Below are positions 1-11,618 of a stretch of DNA of 64,000 bases, piece by piece. Under the pieces are notes generated by a model. The model was not told the DNA's origin, did not search any database, and saw nothing but the letters and a program-made list of their open reading frames with translations. The stretch is from positions 1,434 to 65,433 of the forward strand of contig JADHNB010000001.1 of the NCBI GenBank assembly GCA_016779705.1. The letters run 5' to 3'. This DNA is from Poseidonia sp. (GTDB lineage: Archaea > Thermoplasmatota > Poseidoniia > Poseidoniales > Poseidoniaceae). A program made the position numbers and the translations under genes. Each line of letters begins with the position of its first letter. Within the stretch, counting starts at the first letter, position 1.

Positions 1-153
1 TTCGGGTTGGCAAAATCACCGTGACCGACACGGGAAGCACTTCGCCCATGACCAACCGAGCCGGAGGTTGCGCTTCAAAGGTTTGGGTTCCAGCATGGCG
101 TCTTCTCGCCTCTCGCTTCAATGACCTTCAAATGTCAACGCCGAGTGGTCTGC

Positions 154-1419
154 ATGATGCACATCGCCATGGTCTCGGGCGAGTATCCACCTCGATGGGG
201 CGGCATCGGTTCCGTGGTGTTTCATTTGGCCGGGCATTTGGCCTCGAGGGGTCACGATGTCACGGTCATCACGAGAAGTCACCAGCACGCCACGCCCCAG
301 CAACCGGGGGTCAGCGTGCTGCACGTCCCGTGGCTCAAGGCACCGATGATGTTCACCCGTTCCTACGGCAAGCACGCCTTGACCGAACTGCGTCGTTTGC
401 ATCAGGTCAAACCCGTTGATGTCGTCCACACGCTCCTCCCGTTGGTCAGCTGGACCGCCAAGGAATACCGTTGGGTTGAGGAGACCATCGCTCCGGTGAT
501 TTCGGCCCTCAACGGCAGTTGGGTGGGTGAAAAGGAAGGCATGAAATTGGCCGCCAAACACAAGGAGGCCGCGACGTGGAAGAATCCCAACGATTTGGCC
601 ATCCTGCTCACCGGTGGCTGGTACGCCCGTTACGAACAGGCGGGGGTGGAAGCCTCCGCCATGTGCGTGGCCATCTCGGATTCAACGAAGGAGGAGTTCA
701 ATCGATGGTACCGACCTCCCGCCGATTGGGATTGCCGAACCGTGCTTTACGGGGTGGACCACAAGGTGTTTCGCCCGGTTGACCACGACCATGAAGAGGA
801 ACAATTGGCGTACGAAGCGCTTCGCAAAACCTACGGCGCTGCCGACGAAGCGGCCCTGATCGGCGATGCCAATACCGAAACTCCGTTGTTGTTGGCGGTG
901 GGACGATTGGTGGCTCGGAAGGGCCACCGGACCTTGTTGCGAGCGATGCCGAGCATCCTCAAGGAGCATCCCGGCGCCCGCTTGGTCATCGTGGGCCGGG
1001 GCCACATGCGTCGAACGCTCATGAAGCAGGCCAAACGTTTGGGGGTGGCGCACGCCGTGACGATTCAACCGGGGATGAGTTTTGACCGGCTCGCCCTGCA
1101 CTTCCGCTCAGCGGACCTGGTGATTTACCCGTCGTATTACGAAGGCCAAGGCCTGATTCCCCTCGAAGCCTTGGCCAGCGGCACCCCGGTGGTGACGGTT
1201 GACCAACCGCCCTTGACCGAGATGATCGACGAGACGGTGGGCGGCTTGTTCCGTTGCGGCGACGCTGAAGACCTCGCACGGGCGGTCAATCATAGCCTTT
1301 CCAAGCCTGACCAGCGCAGGGAACAAACGGTGCTTGGTCGCCAACGGGTGTTGGACCATTACACCTACGAACACAACGCCGAGGCGTACGAAGCGTTGTA
1401 CGCCGAACTGGTGGACTGA
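154..1419 (+). CDS. Glycosyltransferase family 4 (group 1). Start is probably the internal Met of MMHIAMVSGEYPP.
   Basis: N-terminal GT4 Rossmann signature EYPPRWGGIGSVVFHLAGHLASRGHDVTVIT and C-terminal YEGQGLIPLEALASGTPVV motif (E-x7-E region of retaining GT-B enzymes). Confidence 0.8.
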   Translation: MMHIAMVSGEYPPRWGGIGSVVFHLAGHLASRGHDVTVITRSHQHATPQQPGVSVLHVPWLKAPMMFTRSYGKHALTELRRLHQVKPVDVVHTLLPLVSWTAKEYRWVEETIAPVISALNGSWVGEKEGMKLAAKHKEAATWKNPNDLAILLTGGWYARYEQAGVEASAMCVAISDSTKEEFNRWYRPPADWDCRTVLYGVDHKVFRPVDHDHEEEQLAYEALRKTYGAADEAALIGDANTETPLLLAVGRLVARKGHRTLLRAMPSILKEHPGARLVIVGRGHMRRTLMKQAKRLGVAHAVTIQPGMSFDRLALHFRSADLVIYPSYYEGQGLIPLEALASGTPVVTVDQPPLTEMIDETVGGLFRCGDAEDLARAVNHSLSKPDQRREQTVLGRQRVLDHYTYEHNAEAYEALYAELVD

Positions 1420-1470
1420 GGCAGAACCGTAAATCGGAAGGTCATTATCCCTCTTGACGGTGGGCGTGGC

Positions 1471-2952
1471 ATGAAAGGCAACGCCCTGTTTCTGTCGCTC
1501 ATCGTTGTTACGATGTCGCTTTCGGGATGCTTCGGCGAGGACGAGGTCGTTCAGGATACCGTTGAAGAGGAGCCCGAACTCCGCCGAACGTTCGTGACGG
1601 ACAAGTTCGGTCAACTCCTTGACATGGACGTCGAGCCGATGACCTTCCAGTTCAGTGACGTGGGCGAAACGGGCAAGGAGCCGAGCATCGGCATCACCTC
1701 AAGCGGTTGCATCTTTTTCATCGCCATGGAGAAGGTCATGCGTTCGTGCGATTACGGCGCCTCGTGGGAAGAGAGCCAGGACCCGGTGGCCTGTTCGCCC
1801 ACCACCAGCGACCCGTACGGTTGGGTGGACCCCATCACCGACCGCGTCTTCGGCGTCCAAATGATCGGGCTTGAAACGTCGTGGATCTGCTGGAGCGACG
1901 ACGACGGCGAAACTTGGATGGGCAACCCTCACGATTCGGGGACCACGCCCATCAACGACCACATCAAATTGGCCAGCGGTCCGTGGACGGACAGCGGTTA
2001 CGGTGCTTTGGGGCAAATCACCACCAACTTCTACGAAACGGCCGTCTATTACTGCTACAACAAACTCGCTGGGATTTTCTGCTTCACCAGCGTTGACGGC
2101 GGCGCTACCTTTGAGCTGGGCGGCCAAATCATTGGCCTCGCCACCACCAACGGCGGTTTGCACGGCGCCATCTCCACCGCTCCCGACGGCACCGTCTACG
2201 TGACGCCCCGTGTGGCCACCCCCACGGTCATCGTCTCAAAAGACAACGGTTTCTCATGGTTTGAGCGCACCATGGGCGAGGACACGGGCACCCCCAACCC
2301 TCGCAAGAACTCGGAGGTCTCGGCCGATTCGGATTCCAACGCCTATCACGTCTGGACGGGCGGGGACGAGGGCGTCTACATGTCCCGTTCCTTTGATTCG
2401 GGTGAAACTTGGGACCAAGAGAGCATCCGCATCTCTCCGGTGAACGTGATTTCCTCGGTCTTCCCGCAAACGGATGCGGGTGATGCAGGTCGGATTGCCA
2501 TCACGTACTTGGGCAGCGAAAACGCAGCGATGCTCAACCAATCCGACATCGATGGCAACCCGTGGAACGGCAACGCTCACTACGCTCCGAACAACGCCAC
2601 TTACCACCTTTACATCACCTACTCCCTCAACGCCTTGGACGAGAATCCCATCTTCCACACCTACCGGGTGACCGACGACCCCGTTCAAGTGGGCTCCATC
2701 TGCCTGAACTCCGGCGACTGCCGTGACATCGGTGGGTCGAACCGCAACCTGCTCGACTTCAACGACCTGCACATCGACCGCGAAGGACGGGTTTACGTCG
2801 CCTTTGCCGACGGTTGCACCGGAGACTGCGCCACCAACGAGAACGCCACGGCTCAGGACTCTCGGGACGGGCGCGGTTCGGTCTACTATCTGGCCAGCGG
2901 CCCCAGCCTCTACGCCGAGTTTGGAACGCTGATTCCGTTGCTCGACGATTGA
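1471..2952 (+). CDS. Secreted BNR/Asp-box repeat protein, a sialidase-like beta-propeller, with a lipobox-like signal peptide.
   Basis: Signal peptide MKGNALFLSLIVVTMSLSGC followed by an acidic stretch. Repeated S-x-D-x-G-x-T-W/F motifs (SDDDGETW, SVDGGATF, SKDNGFSW, SFDSGETW). Confidence 0.6.
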   Translation: MKGNALFLSLIVVTMSLSGCFGEDEVVQDTVEEEPELRRTFVTDKFGQLLDMDVEPMTFQFSDVGETGKEPSIGITSSGCIFFIAMEKVMRSCDYGASWEESQDPVACSPTTSDPYGWVDPITDRVFGVQMIGLETSWICWSDDDGETWMGNPHDSGTTPINDHIKLASGPWTDSGYGALGQITTNFYETAVYYCYNKLAGIFCFTSVDGGATFELGGQIIGLATTNGGLHGAISTAPDGTVYVTPRVATPTVIVSKDNGFSWFERTMGEDTGTPNPRKNSEVSADSDSNAYHVWTGGDEGVYMSRSFDSGETWDQESIRISPVNVISSVFPQTDAGDAGRIAITYLGSENAAMLNQSDIDGNPWNGNAHYAPNNATYHLYITYSLNALDENPIFHTYRVTDDPVQVGSICLNSGDCRDIGGSNRNLLDFNDLHIDREGRVYVAFADGCTGDCATNENATAQDSRDGRGSVYYLASGPSLYAEFGTLIPLLDD

Positions 2953-3034
2953 GGTGGCAACCGACGGTTTTCCCTCCGAAAAAGCCCCTCTGGACATGGT
3001 GAAGGGTTCAAAACGATGACGCCGTCCGGATATC

Positions 3035-3991
3035 GTGGACGTCGCTTCGTTGTACAGGAATGCCGCAAGCGGCCTTCCGTTTTCGTTAGAAATCCTCCCC
3101 CCCGACCGAGGGCTGGGTCTTGAAACCATTCACGATTTTTTCAACAGCCTTGATGGATGGCTACCTGCCTTTGTTAGCGTCACCTACCACCAAGCCCACA
3201 AAATCGACCGAATGAATGAACACGGCCAGATGGAGCAGATTTGGAACCGAAAAAAACCGGGCACGCTGGGTGTCTGCGCCATGCTGAAGTTTCAGTACGG
3301 TCTTGATGTCATACCGCACGTCATTTGCGGTGGTTTTTCGAAATTTGAATCCGAGGATTTCTTGGTTGACTTGGACTACCTCGGTTTCAACCACGTGTTG
3401 GCCCTTCGCGGCGACCCAAACAAGACCGAACCCCATTTCATTCCCCACCCCAACGGGAACACCTACGCCAACGAGTTGGTCGAGCAAATCGTTGACATGA
3501 ACGCCGGAATATACCTTGAAGACGTGAGCGAAGCGAGAGCCACGAACTTTGAAATTGGCGTGGGCGGATACCCCGAGGTCCATTCGGAAGCCCGCGATTT
3601 GGCAGAAGAAATCACCAACGTTAAGCGGAAAATCGACGCTGGAGCATCGTTTGTGATCACCCAGATGTTCTTTGATAACGACTGCTTCTATCGGTTTGAG
3701 GAAGCCTGCCGTGAGGAAGGCATTGATGCCCCCCTTATTCCGGGAATCAAGGTTATCACCTCAAAACAACAACTCACGGTCTTACCCGAAATTTTCGGCA
3801 CGAGCATCCCCCAGAACCTCATGGACGAGGTCAATGCTTGCGAAACCGATGAGGAAGTGCGTCAGGTTGGGATTGACCATGCGGTCCAGCAAGCACGAGC
3901 CTTGCTCCAACATGGCGCGATTGGTGTGCACTTTTTCACGATGAACAACAGCCGTGTGTTCAACCAAATTCTCCGAGCGTTCAGAGGGTGA
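3035..3991 (+). CDS. metF: 5,10-methylenetetrahydrofolate reductase
   Basis: Collinear similarity to E. coli MetF: FVSVTY, ALRGD, YPEVHxEA, LKRKxDAGA, ITQxFFD..YRF, IPGI, HFxTxN. Lies directly upstream of metH. GTG start. Confidence 0.8.
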   Translation: MDVASLYRNAASGLPFSLEILPPDRGLGLETIHDFFNSLDGWLPAFVSVTYHQAHKIDRMNEHGQMEQIWNRKKPGTLGVCAMLKFQYGLDVIPHVICGGFSKFESEDFLVDLDYLGFNHVLALRGDPNKTEPHFIPHPNGNTYANELVEQIVDMNAGIYLEDVSEARATNFEIGVGGYPEVHSEARDLAEEITNVKRKIDAGASFVITQMFFDNDCFYRFEEACREEGIDAPLIPGIKVITSKQQLTVLPEIFGTSIPQNLMDEVNACETDEEVRQVGIDHAVQQARALLQHGAIGVHFFTMNNSRVFNQILRAFRG

Positions 3992-3997
3992 ACCACC

Positions 3998-6900
3998 ATG
4001 TCTCCGAAGGATGAACTGGAGCGGATGGCTCGGGAGCGGATGCTCATCATCGACGGTGCCATGGGTACCATGATTCAGCAGCATCGCTTGCAAGAAGAAG
4101 ACTTTCGTGACGCGCGCTTAAAGGACCATTCCATCGACCTGAAAGGCAACAACGAGATGCTCAACATCACCCAACCCCATCTCATCGAAACCATCCATAC
4201 GCAATACCTCCAGGCTGGCGCCGACATCATCGAAACAAACACGTTCGGTGCCACCAGCATTGCTCAATCGGAATACGGCTTGAGCGACCGTGTGGTTGAG
4301 ATGAACGAGCGAGCGGCGAACATTGCAAAGGAAGCTGTACGCAAACATCAGGAAAAAACGGGCAAGCGTTGTTGGGTGGCGGGAGCCATTGGTCCGACCA
4401 ACGTCACGCTTTCGGCCTCTTCGGATGTGGAAGATCCCGCTGCTCGAGCGGCGACTTGGGATGAGGTGTACCACGCCTATCTTGAACAACTGCTCGCCCT
4501 CATCGATGGCGGCTGTGACATCATCCTCATCGAGACGATTTTTGACGTCCTTAACGCCAAAGCCGCCATCAAGGCAACCCTGGATGCCTTTGAGTTGAAA
4601 CAGGTTGAATTGCCCATCATCATCTCGGTGACGTTCATTCAAGAAGAAGGGGACCGGACCGTCTTTGGACAGAGCGTTGAAGCCTTTTGGACCACGGTCA
4701 AGCATGCACAACCGTTCAGTGTTGGCATCAATTGCGGATTGGGAGCCACCGGCTTGAGAAGCAAGTTATCCACTCTCGCCAACATCTGCGACACCCGGAC
4801 CCACATCTATCCAAACGCAGGATTACCCAATCCCCTCTCTCCCTCGGGATTTGATGAAACGCCCCACATCACCGCCGCCCACATCACCTCGCTGGTTCGA
4901 GACGGCTTGCTCAATCTCGTAGGGGGATGTTGCGGCACCACCCCCGAACACATCCAAGCCATCCACGATTCGGTTCAAGGATTGCCTCCTCGTGTCCCGG
5001 GCCAACCAAGTGAGGTTCCGACCTACGCCGGTTTGGATGTTTGCAGCGTTCTTCCCGACTCCAACCTCATCATGGTTGGGGAGCGAACCAACGTCACGGG
5101 TTCGGCTCAATTTCGCAGGCTCGTTACGGCGTTGGACTTTGAAAACGCCGTGGAAGTCGCACGGGACCAAGTGCAAAACGGCGCCAACATCATCGATGTC
5201 AACATGGACGAGGGCTTGATCGAAAGCGAAGCGGTCATGACCCGTTTCCTCAACATGATCGCCACCGAGCCCGAAATTGCCTCGGTTCCCGTCATGATCG
5301 ATTCCTCAAAATGGAGCGTGCTCGAGGCTGGGCTCAAGTGCGTTCAAGGCAAGCCCATTGTCAACTCCATCTCCCTCAAAGAAGGCGAAGCGGTTTTCCT
5401 CGAGCAGGCGAAGACGATTCATCGCTACGGTGCGGCCGTGGTCGTGATGGGGTTTGACGAGACCGGTCAGGCCGAAAGCGTGGAACGGAAAGTGGAAATC
5501 GCCCTCAGGGCTCAACGTCTCCTGGTTGAACAGGTGGGTTTTCACCCCTCCGACATCATCCATGACCCCAACGTCCTCGCCGTCGCCACGGGCATGGGGG
5601 AGCACGATAACTTCGCAAAAAACTACATTGAGGCCACGAAGATCATCCGAGAAACGTGTCCACAATCAATGGTCAGCGGCGGCATCAGCAACCTCTCCTT
5701 TTCCTTTCGGGGTAACGAAACGGTTCGCCAAGCCATGCATGCCGTCTTCTTGCATCACGCCATCGGCGCAGGTCTCACGATGGGCATCGTGAATCCTTCC
5801 CATCTGACCATCTACGAGGACATTGAAGATGCCTTGTTGGAGATGGTTGAGGACGTGATTCTCAACCGCCGCCCCGATGCAACGGAACGCTTGGTGTCGA
5901 TGGCGGACCGTTTTTCAACACAACGGAGCCTTCAGGAAGATGCAAAGGAATGGAGAGAACACGACGTCGCCAAACGATTGGCCCATGCCTTGATTCACGG
6001 CATCACCGAATACATCGAGCAGGATGTCGCTGAAGCCTACGACGACGTTGGTGATGCCTTGAGCATCATTGAGGGCCCGCTCATGGACGGGATGAACATC
6101 GTTGGAGAGTTGTTTGGTTCGGGCAAAATGTTTCTTCCCCAAGTCGTCAAAAGTGCCCGAGTGATGAAGAAAGCCGTTGCATGGTTGGAACCCCACATGC
6201 ATCAGGCTGAAACCGAGCAGAAAAAACGAGCCGAAGTCGTGCTTGCAACCGTCAAGGGAGACGTGCATGACATTGGAAAAAACATCGTGGGGATCGTGCT
6301 GCAATGCAACGACTACGCCGTCCATGACCTTGGCGTCATGGTGCCGCTGTCCACCATTTTGGACAAGGTCGAAGAGGTGCAGGCCGATGTTCTCGGCCTG
6401 TCCGGCCTCATCACGCCCTCCCTTGATGAAATGATTGAAGTGGCCAAGGAAATGCAACGAAGGGGCATGACCATCCCGTTGTTGATCGGTGGCGCCACCA
6501 CCTCGCGCCAGCACACGGCGGTGAGAATCAACCCCGCCTACGGAGCAGAGGTGGTGCACGTGAAGGACGCCTCGCTCATTTCAGGGGTGCTCAATCAATT
6601 GCTGGATGAAGAAAAGCGGTTGGAATTCAGAAAGACACTCGACGAGGAAAACCAACGATTGACGGCGCTGTACGAGCGAAAAATCAACCAGCCCTTACTC
6701 ACGTTGGAAAAAGCACGACAACGAAAACCGGATTTCGAGTTTAACGAACAGACGTGCTCCAAGCCCCCGTTCACCGGTGTGAGAGCGTACTCGCTCAGCC
6801 TTGAAGCGGTCGAGCCGTACATTGACTGGAACTTCTTTTTCACCGCTTGGAACATGAAAGGCACCTACCCCGCCATCCTTGCCCATCCCGAAAAAGGCGA

Positions 6901-7642
6901 AGCGGCGAGGGATGTGTTTGAAAACGGGAAGAAGATGCTGGCGGAGGTCATGCACAACCGGTCGCTTTACATCAAGGCCATCGCTGGTTTTTGGCCAGCT
7001 CATTCAGAAGGCGATGATGTTGTGATTCAAGGCGAGGAAGAGCACCGATTTGCCTTCTTGAGGCAACAACGGAGTGTGGGAGAACGGAACCTTTGCCTCG
7101 CCGACTTTGTGGCCCCCAGCGACGAGATTCAAGATCATGTGGGCGCCTTTGCCGTCGCCGTTCACGGAACCGAGGCGCTCGCACACGCCTTTGAAGCCGA
7201 GCAAGACGATTACAACGCCATCATGATCAAAGCAATCTCAGACCGACTTGCTGAAGCAAGCGCCGAAAAATTGCATCAAATGGTCCGAGCAGAATGGGGC
7301 TTCCCCGATGGTGAAGACATGACGCATGAACGCTTGATGAAGGCCGATTACCGCTCCATCCGCCCGGCCTTTGGATACCCCGCTTGTCCCGACCACAGCG
7401 ACAAACGCTCGCTTTTTGCGCTCTTGGACGCTGAAACGCACGGGTTCCAACTCACCGAGTCCTGTGCTACATCACCCGCTTCAAGCGTGTCAGGGTTGTA
7501 CTTTGGCCATCCCGAAGCCACCTATTTCGGCGTCAATCGAATCGACGAAGGCCAGGTGATGGATTTGGCGCAACGCAAACGAATTCCCCGAAGGGAAGTC
7601 GAGTATTGGCTCGCCTCCATCATTGATTACGACCCAAACTGA
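3998..7642 (+). CDS. metH: Cobalamin-dependent methionine synthase, full length four-module enzyme (1214 aa).
   Basis: Hcy-binding, pterin-binding, B12-binding ([20 protein letters not shown]) and AdoMet-activation regions in canonical order. Length is typical for MetH. Confidence 0.9.
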   Translation: MSPKDELERMARERMLIIDGAMGTMIQQHRLQEEDFRDARLKDHSIDLKGNNEMLNITQPHLIETIHTQYLQAGADIIETNTFGATSIAQSEYGLSDRVVEMNERAANIAKEAVRKHQEKTGKRCWVAGAIGPTNVTLSASSDVEDPAARAATWDEVYHAYLEQLLALIDGGCDIILIETIFDVLNAKAAIKATLDAFELKQVELPIIISVTFIQEEGDRTVFGQSVEAFWTTVKHAQPFSVGINCGLGATGLRSKLSTLANICDTRTHIYPNAGLPNPLSPSGFDETPHITAAHITSLVRDGLLNLVGGCCGTTPEHIQAIHDSVQGLPPRVPGQPSEVPTYAGLDVCSVLPDSNLIMVGERTNVTGSAQFRRLVTALDFENAVEVARDQVQNGANIIDVNMDEGLIESEAVMTRFLNMIATEPEIASVPVMIDSSKWSVLEAGLKCVQGKPIVNSISLKEGEAVFLEQAKTIHRYGAAVVVMGFDETGQAESVERKVEIALRAQRLLVEQVGFHPSDIIHDPNVLAVATGMGEHDNFAKNYIEATKIIRETCPQSMVSGGISNLSFSFRGNETVRQAMHAVFLHHAIGAGLTMGIVNPSHLTIYEDIEDALLEMVEDVILNRRPDATERLVSMADRFSTQRSLQEDAKEWREHDVAKRLAHALIHGITEYIEQDVAEAYDDVGDALSIIEGPLMDGMNIVGELFGSGKMFLPQVVKSARVMKKAVAWLEPHMHQAETEQKKRAEVVLATVKGDVHDIGKNIVGIVLQCNDYAVHDLGVMVPLSTILDKVEEVQADVLGLSGLITPSLDEMIEVAKEMQRRGMTIPLLIGGATTSRQHTAVRINPAYGAEVVHVKDASLISGVLNQLLDEEKRLEFRKTLDEENQRLTALYERKINQPLLTLEKARQRKPDFEFNEQTCSKPPFTGVRAYSLSLEAVEPYIDWNFFFTAWNMKGTYPAILAHPEKGEAARDVFENGKKMLAEVMHNRSLYIKAIAGFWPAHSEGDDVVIQGEEEHRFAFLRQQRSVGERNLCLADFVAPSDEIQDHVGAFAVAVHGTEALAHAFEAEQDDYNAIMIKAISDRLAEASAEKLHQMVRAEWGFPDGEDMTHERLMKADYRSIRPAFGYPACPDHSDKRSLFALLDAETHGFQLTESCATSPASSVSGLYFGHPEATYFGVNRIDEGQVMDLAQRKRIPRREVEYWLASIIDYDPN

Positions 7643-7654
7643 CCGGATTCCCAA

Positions 7655-7669
7655 CGAGAGCGGTGCTCT
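7655..7669. terminator. Perfect hairpin GAGAGC-GGT-GCTCTC between convergent metH and crtB; candidate bidirectional terminator.
   Basis: 6-bp inverted repeat with 3-nt loop read directly; followed by a T-containing stretch. Confidence 0.3.
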
Positions 7670-7679
7670 CTGTGCTTGT

Positions 7680-8672
7680 TCAAGCGAAATAGCGGGCTCG
7701 CAACTTTCGCAGGCTGAGCCGCACACCAAACAGCAGTTTCCGCCACGACGACAAGGTCACCGGCTGACTGAACACGTCGCCCGAGCGGCGTACGATTTCG
7801 TTCAAAATGGAAGCATAAGCGTCGGCCATGATCTCCGGTTGAACCCGTGCTCGTGCGTCGAGGTAACCGAACAGGTGGCTGGCCGAGGCCTGATGGCGCT
7901 TGACGACGTCCATGTATTCAACGATGAAGCCACGCCAGGCGAGGGATTGAGCGACGTTCCCACCCTTGAGCATCTCAAGGCTGATGTTGTGAGAGGCCAG
8001 CACCTCTTGCGGGAGATAGATGCGCCCCCGCTCCATGTCCTCGTTGATGTCACGAAGCACGTTGATGAGTTGCATTTGGATGCCGAGGTCGATGGCGTGA
8101 AGGCGAGCGGCGCGGTCTTCGTAGCCGTAGATCTCAATGAGGATCAGGCCAACGGCAGAGGCGACCTTGTAGCAATAGGAGCGCAGTTCGTCCCACGTTT
8201 GGTTTTGGACGGGGTAGAGGTCGTCTTCCATGCCTTCGATGACCGTTTCAAAGTCGTTGAGTTTGATGGGGTAACGAGCGAACACGTCTTGGAGAGCGAT
8301 GAAGATGGGATGGTCGTTGGCCGTGATGGTTTGGTCAAAGGCTTGCCCGATTTTCATTCGGATTTCGGTGAGGGCCATCAAGCGGCGACGGTGCTCTTCC
8401 GGGGGGAGAACCGGCACTTTTCCGGCGTGAATCTCGTCAACCAAACGCTGTCGTTGATTCGTGGCCACCCGAAGCGCTTCCGTTTCGGTCACGTTGGGTT
8501 CTTCGTCGCCATCAACGATGTCATCCACCCATCGACACAAGGCATAGACGGCATGAACGGCTTTCCGTTTCTCGAGTTGAAGGGCGCTAAACGACGAGTA
8601 GAACGTGGTTGAGGCCTCTCGGCACACCGCTTCACAATAGTCGTAAGCGTTGGCGAGGAGAAGCGACTTCAT
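7680..8672 (-). CDS. crtB: Phytoene/squalene synthase family (phytoene synthase).
   Basis: Trans-isoprenyl diphosphate synthase head-to-head motifs (YCYKVASAVGLI, RDINEDMERGRIYLPQEV, Asp-rich VDDIVDGDEE). Start moved to the internal Met so it does not overlap crtI. Confidence 0.8.
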   Translation of the reverse strand: MKSLLLANAYDYCEAVCREASTTFYSSFSALQLEKRKAVHAVYALCRWVDDIVDGDEEPNVTETEALRVATNQRQRLVDEIHAGKVPVLPPEEHRRRLMALTEIRMKIGQAFDQTITANDHPIFIALQDVFARYPIKLNDFETVIEGMEDDLYPVQNQTWDELRSYCYKVASAVGLILIEIYGYEDRAARLHAIDLGIQMQLINVLRDINEDMERGRIYLPQEVLASHNISLEMLKGGNVAQSLAWRGFIVEYMDVVKRHQASASHLFGYLDARARVQPEIMADAYASILNEIVRRSGDVFSQPVTLSSWRKLLFGVRLSLRKLRARYFA

Positions 8673-8683
8673 GGCGGGACACC

Positions 8684-10297
8684 TCAGGCAGATGTTGGGG
8701 TTCCGCTGGAGGGTTCTTTTGAGGTTTTGTTGACCGCCGCACGGCCTTGCTTGGACCGCTTTCGGCTTTCGAACCACGTGTCAACCCCGTTCCAATCCGG
8801 GATGATGCCCAAACTGTCCAACAAGAGTTTGCTGCTGATGCGTGCCGACTCGTAGATGACCGGCAAACCGCTGCCGGGGTGGGTGCCGCCGCCGACGAGG
8901 TAGAGGTTGTTGATCTCGTCAAACTGGTTCTTTGGTCGTCGCCACAGCATCTGGTCGAGGCCGTGGGCGAGGTTGAAGACGGCACCGCGGTAGCAGTGGT
9001 CGCCCCAATCCTCGGGGGTGATGATCATCTCCGTCACGATGTGGTCACGGATGTTTTCGAAGCCCAGTTTGGATTCGATTTGGTCCAAGATTCGGTCTCG
9101 ATAGGCGTCCTTTTCTTTGGACCAGTCAATGTTCTCGTGGACGTGGGACACCGGGACGAGGGCGTAAACGGTTGAGCACCCTTCTGGGGCGAGTTGCGGG
9201 TCGGTCACGCATGCATTCTGGACGTAGACCGACGGGTCGTCCCAGGTGATTTGGTGGTGTTTTTCGATGTCTTCGAGGTTTTTCTCGTAGGTGGCGGACG
9301 CGTAAATTTGGTGGTGTGGCAGGTGGTCGTAGGTGCGGTCAACGCCGAGGTAAAGCATGAACGTTGAACAGGAATACTTCTTCTTGTCCAGCTTCTTGTT
9401 GTTCCACTTCTTTCGAACGTTATCGGGGAAGAGTTGGGTCATGCCGTTAGCGAAATCAGCGTTCATGATGACGCGGTCGGCGAAAAATTCCCCTTCTTTG
9501 GTCCGCAAGCCTTTGATGGTCTTGCCCTCCATGATGACCGATTCCACGGCTTCGTTCATGCGGAAGGTGACGCCCAACTCCTTGGCGATGCTCGCCATTT
9601 TTTCGCTCACGCTGCCCAAACCACCCATGGGGTGGAAGATGCCGTATTCGTACTCAAGGAACGCCAGCATGGTGAACAAACTGGGGCAGTTGAACGGCGA
9701 CATGCCGAGGTACTTCGTCTGGAAGGACATGGCCAACATCAACCGGTCGTCATCAAAGAGTTTCATCAAATCGCCCGCCACCGAGCGCTGTGGACGCAAC
9801 ACACCGGCCACGCGCATGGCTCGCTTCGAGAGAAGGTCGCTTGGTCCGTACCACGGTTCTTGCAAGCATGCCTTGGATTTCTCGAGTTTGATCCGGTTGT
9901 CGACCACATAGCGTCGGAAAGCATCGGCGTTTTTTGGGCCGGACAACGCACCGATACGCTCGGTCATTTCGTCGAGGTCGCTGGTGCAATCCAATTGGCC
10001 ACCTTGACCGAAGATGAGGCGGTAGTTCATGTCCAGTTTGTGGAGGTTCAACGCCTCGTGAGCGTCGTGGCCAACCGCTTTGAAGATGTCTTCAATCACT
10101 TCGGGGTAGTGGAAAAAGGTGGGCCCAAGGTCAAACTTGAAGCCGTCTCGGTCGAACACTTTGTTGCGCCCACCCACCGCTGAGGAGCGTTCGAAAACGG
10201 TTACTTGAACGCCGGCTTTGGCGAGGAGAAGGGCTGAGGCGAGACCACCGGGGCCTGCTCCGATGATGGCGACGGACGGTGCAGTGCTGCTGGGCAT
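8684..10297 (-). CDS. crtI: Phytoene desaturase family FAD-dependent oxidoreductase
   Basis: N-terminal FAD dinucleotide-binding fold VAIIGAGPGGLASALLLAKAGVQVTVFERSSAVGGR. Size about 535 aa. Immediately upstream of crtB. Start chosen at the Met about 27 nt downstream of a TATA box. Confidence 0.8.
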   Translation of the reverse strand: MPSSTAPSVAIIGAGPGGLASALLLAKAGVQVTVFERSSAVGGRNKVFDRDGFKFDLGPTFFHYPEVIEDIFKAVGHDAHEALNLHKLDMNYRLIFGQGGQLDCTSDLDEMTERIGALSGPKNADAFRRYVVDNRIKLEKSKACLQEPWYGPSDLLSKRAMRVAGVLRPQRSVAGDLMKLFDDDRLMLAMSFQTKYLGMSPFNCPSLFTMLAFLEYEYGIFHPMGGLGSVSEKMASIAKELGVTFRMNEAVESVIMEGKTIKGLRTKEGEFFADRVIMNADFANGMTQLFPDNVRKKWNNKKLDKKKYSCSTFMLYLGVDRTYDHLPHHQIYASATYEKNLEDIEKHHQITWDDPSVYVQNACVTDPQLAPEGCSTVYALVPVSHVHENIDWSKEKDAYRDRILDQIESKLGFENIRDHIVTEMIITPEDWGDHCYRGAVFNLAHGLDQMLWRRPKNQFDEINNLYLVGGGTHPGSGLPVIYESARISSKLLLDSLGIIPDWNGVDTWFESRKRSKQGRAAVNKTSKEPSSGTPTSA

Positions 10298-10318
10298 GCT
10301 TCGCATGGGAGGTCAAGA

Positions 10319-10330
10319 GCATATAAAGGG
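10319..10330 (-). promoter_or_regulatory. TATA-box-like element (ATATAAA) about 25-30 nt upstream of the crtI start; candidate archaeal promoter for crtI-crtB.
   Basis: Sequence ATATAAAGGGGGG read directly. The adjacent oligo-T/A run (10333-10360) could serve as a terminator for upstream ubiB. Confidence 0.3.
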
Positions 10331-10372
10331 GGGTTTTTGTCCTAAAAAAAACTGAAAAAATAACAGTGGAAC

Positions 10373-11605
10373 TCACCCGTTGATGATGGCGTGGGGGTCA
10401 ATGAGAACCGAGAATTCATCCAAATACGGTCCCATGGAACTGATCAAATCCACCTCAGGATGACCCTTGAGGACCATCCCGTCCATGTACATGAGCGAGC
10501 GGATGATGGGAAAGGCCTCTTCACCAAAGGCGCAACCGGCCAGCACGGCGGCCTTCACCGTCTTCATCATCTGTTCCGTCAGCGAGACTTCGCTGACCGA
10601 GGTACCGACAAAACCGTCGTACAGTTCGTTCATCGAATCGTAGTACGTTTGAAGGGTTTTTCCGGTGGGTCGCACCGCCGCCATGGTCAGCATGGCGTCG
10701 AAGGCGTTCCGCAATTCGCCCTTGGCCAGGAAATAAAAGAAACCAAACAAGGCGTTGCGCACGTGCTCGGGTGCGTGGCAAATAGCGCCGGTATCAATGA
10801 AATAGAAGTCTCCGGACTCATCCATCATGGCGTTGCCGGGGTGCAAGTCACCGTGGAAGGTGCCAAGGCCGAACATGAACGCGCCGTGAATTCGGAACAA
10901 CTCGAGCATGTCCGTCCAAGCCATCGTGCCCGATTCGAGGTGGTCTTCAAGTGTGGGCGCCGTAATCTCCTCCATCACGAGAACGTGTTCATTGGACAAC
11001 GCCTCCCACATCTTGGGGAAACGGAGCTTGGGCATGGGGAAATGGGCTTCCACCTCAACGGCTTTGGCCATGAGGTCGTTTCGGCCCACGATTTCGTTGG
11101 TCAGGTTGAGTTCGCGCAACGTGTAGTCTTCGATGTGAGCCAACAAACCGATGGGGTTGCCCACCTTCCGAAGTCGAGGATTGAAAAACAACCCTATGCG
11201 AATCCACCGCTTCATGCGTCGTACATCACGACGAAACGACGCTTCAAAATCGGCTTTGATGATCTTGACGACCACCTTTGTGCCGTCCTTGAGAACCGCT
11301 CGGTGGATTTGCCCAATGCTTGCCGCAGCGAACGGCTTGGGTTCAATCGATTGGAAGTGGTCGGCGAATCCTTCGGGGGCAAAACGGTCCAAGAGCGCCT
11401 GAGAGTTCTCTTCGGGAATGGTGGCTGCACGGCTGTACAACCGTTGGAGTTCAATGCAACGTTCGGGCTCGATCAAGTCGGGTCGAAGAGCAAAGATTTG
11501 CCCCAACTTCACCGCCAACAATCCCATCGATTGAATCGCATCGATGTTCACCGGTTTCTTCCCTTTGAGTTGGCGAAAGAAACGGATGAAGGTCAGCAAC
11601 TTCAT
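10373..11605 (-). CDS. ubiB: ABC1/UbiB family atypical kinase
   Basis: ABC1 domain motifs LGQIFALRPDLIPE, AAASIGQIHRAVLKDGTKVVVKI, HGDLHPGN. Confidence 0.8.
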   Translation of the reverse strand: MKLLTFIRFFRQLKGKKPVNIDAIQSMGLLAVKLGQIFALRPDLIEPERCIELQRLYSRAATIPEENSQALLDRFAPEGFADHFQSIEPKPFAAASIGQIHRAVLKDGTKVVVKIIKADFEASFRRDVRRMKRWIRIGLFFNPRLRKVGNPIGLLAHIEDYTLRELNLTNEIVGRNDLMAKAVEVEAHFPMPKLRFPKMWEALSNEHVLVMEEITAPTLEDHLESGTMAWTDMLELFRIHGAFMFGLGTFHGDLHPGNAMMDESGDFYFIDTGAICHAPEHVRNALFGFFYFLAKGELRNAFDAMLTMAAVRPTGKTLQTYYDSMNELYDGFVGTSVSEVSLTEQMMKTVKAAVLAGCAFGEEAFPIIRSLMYMDGMVLKGHPEVDLISSMGPYLDEFSVLIDPHAIING

Positions 11606-11618
11606 GCCGGTCACGTCC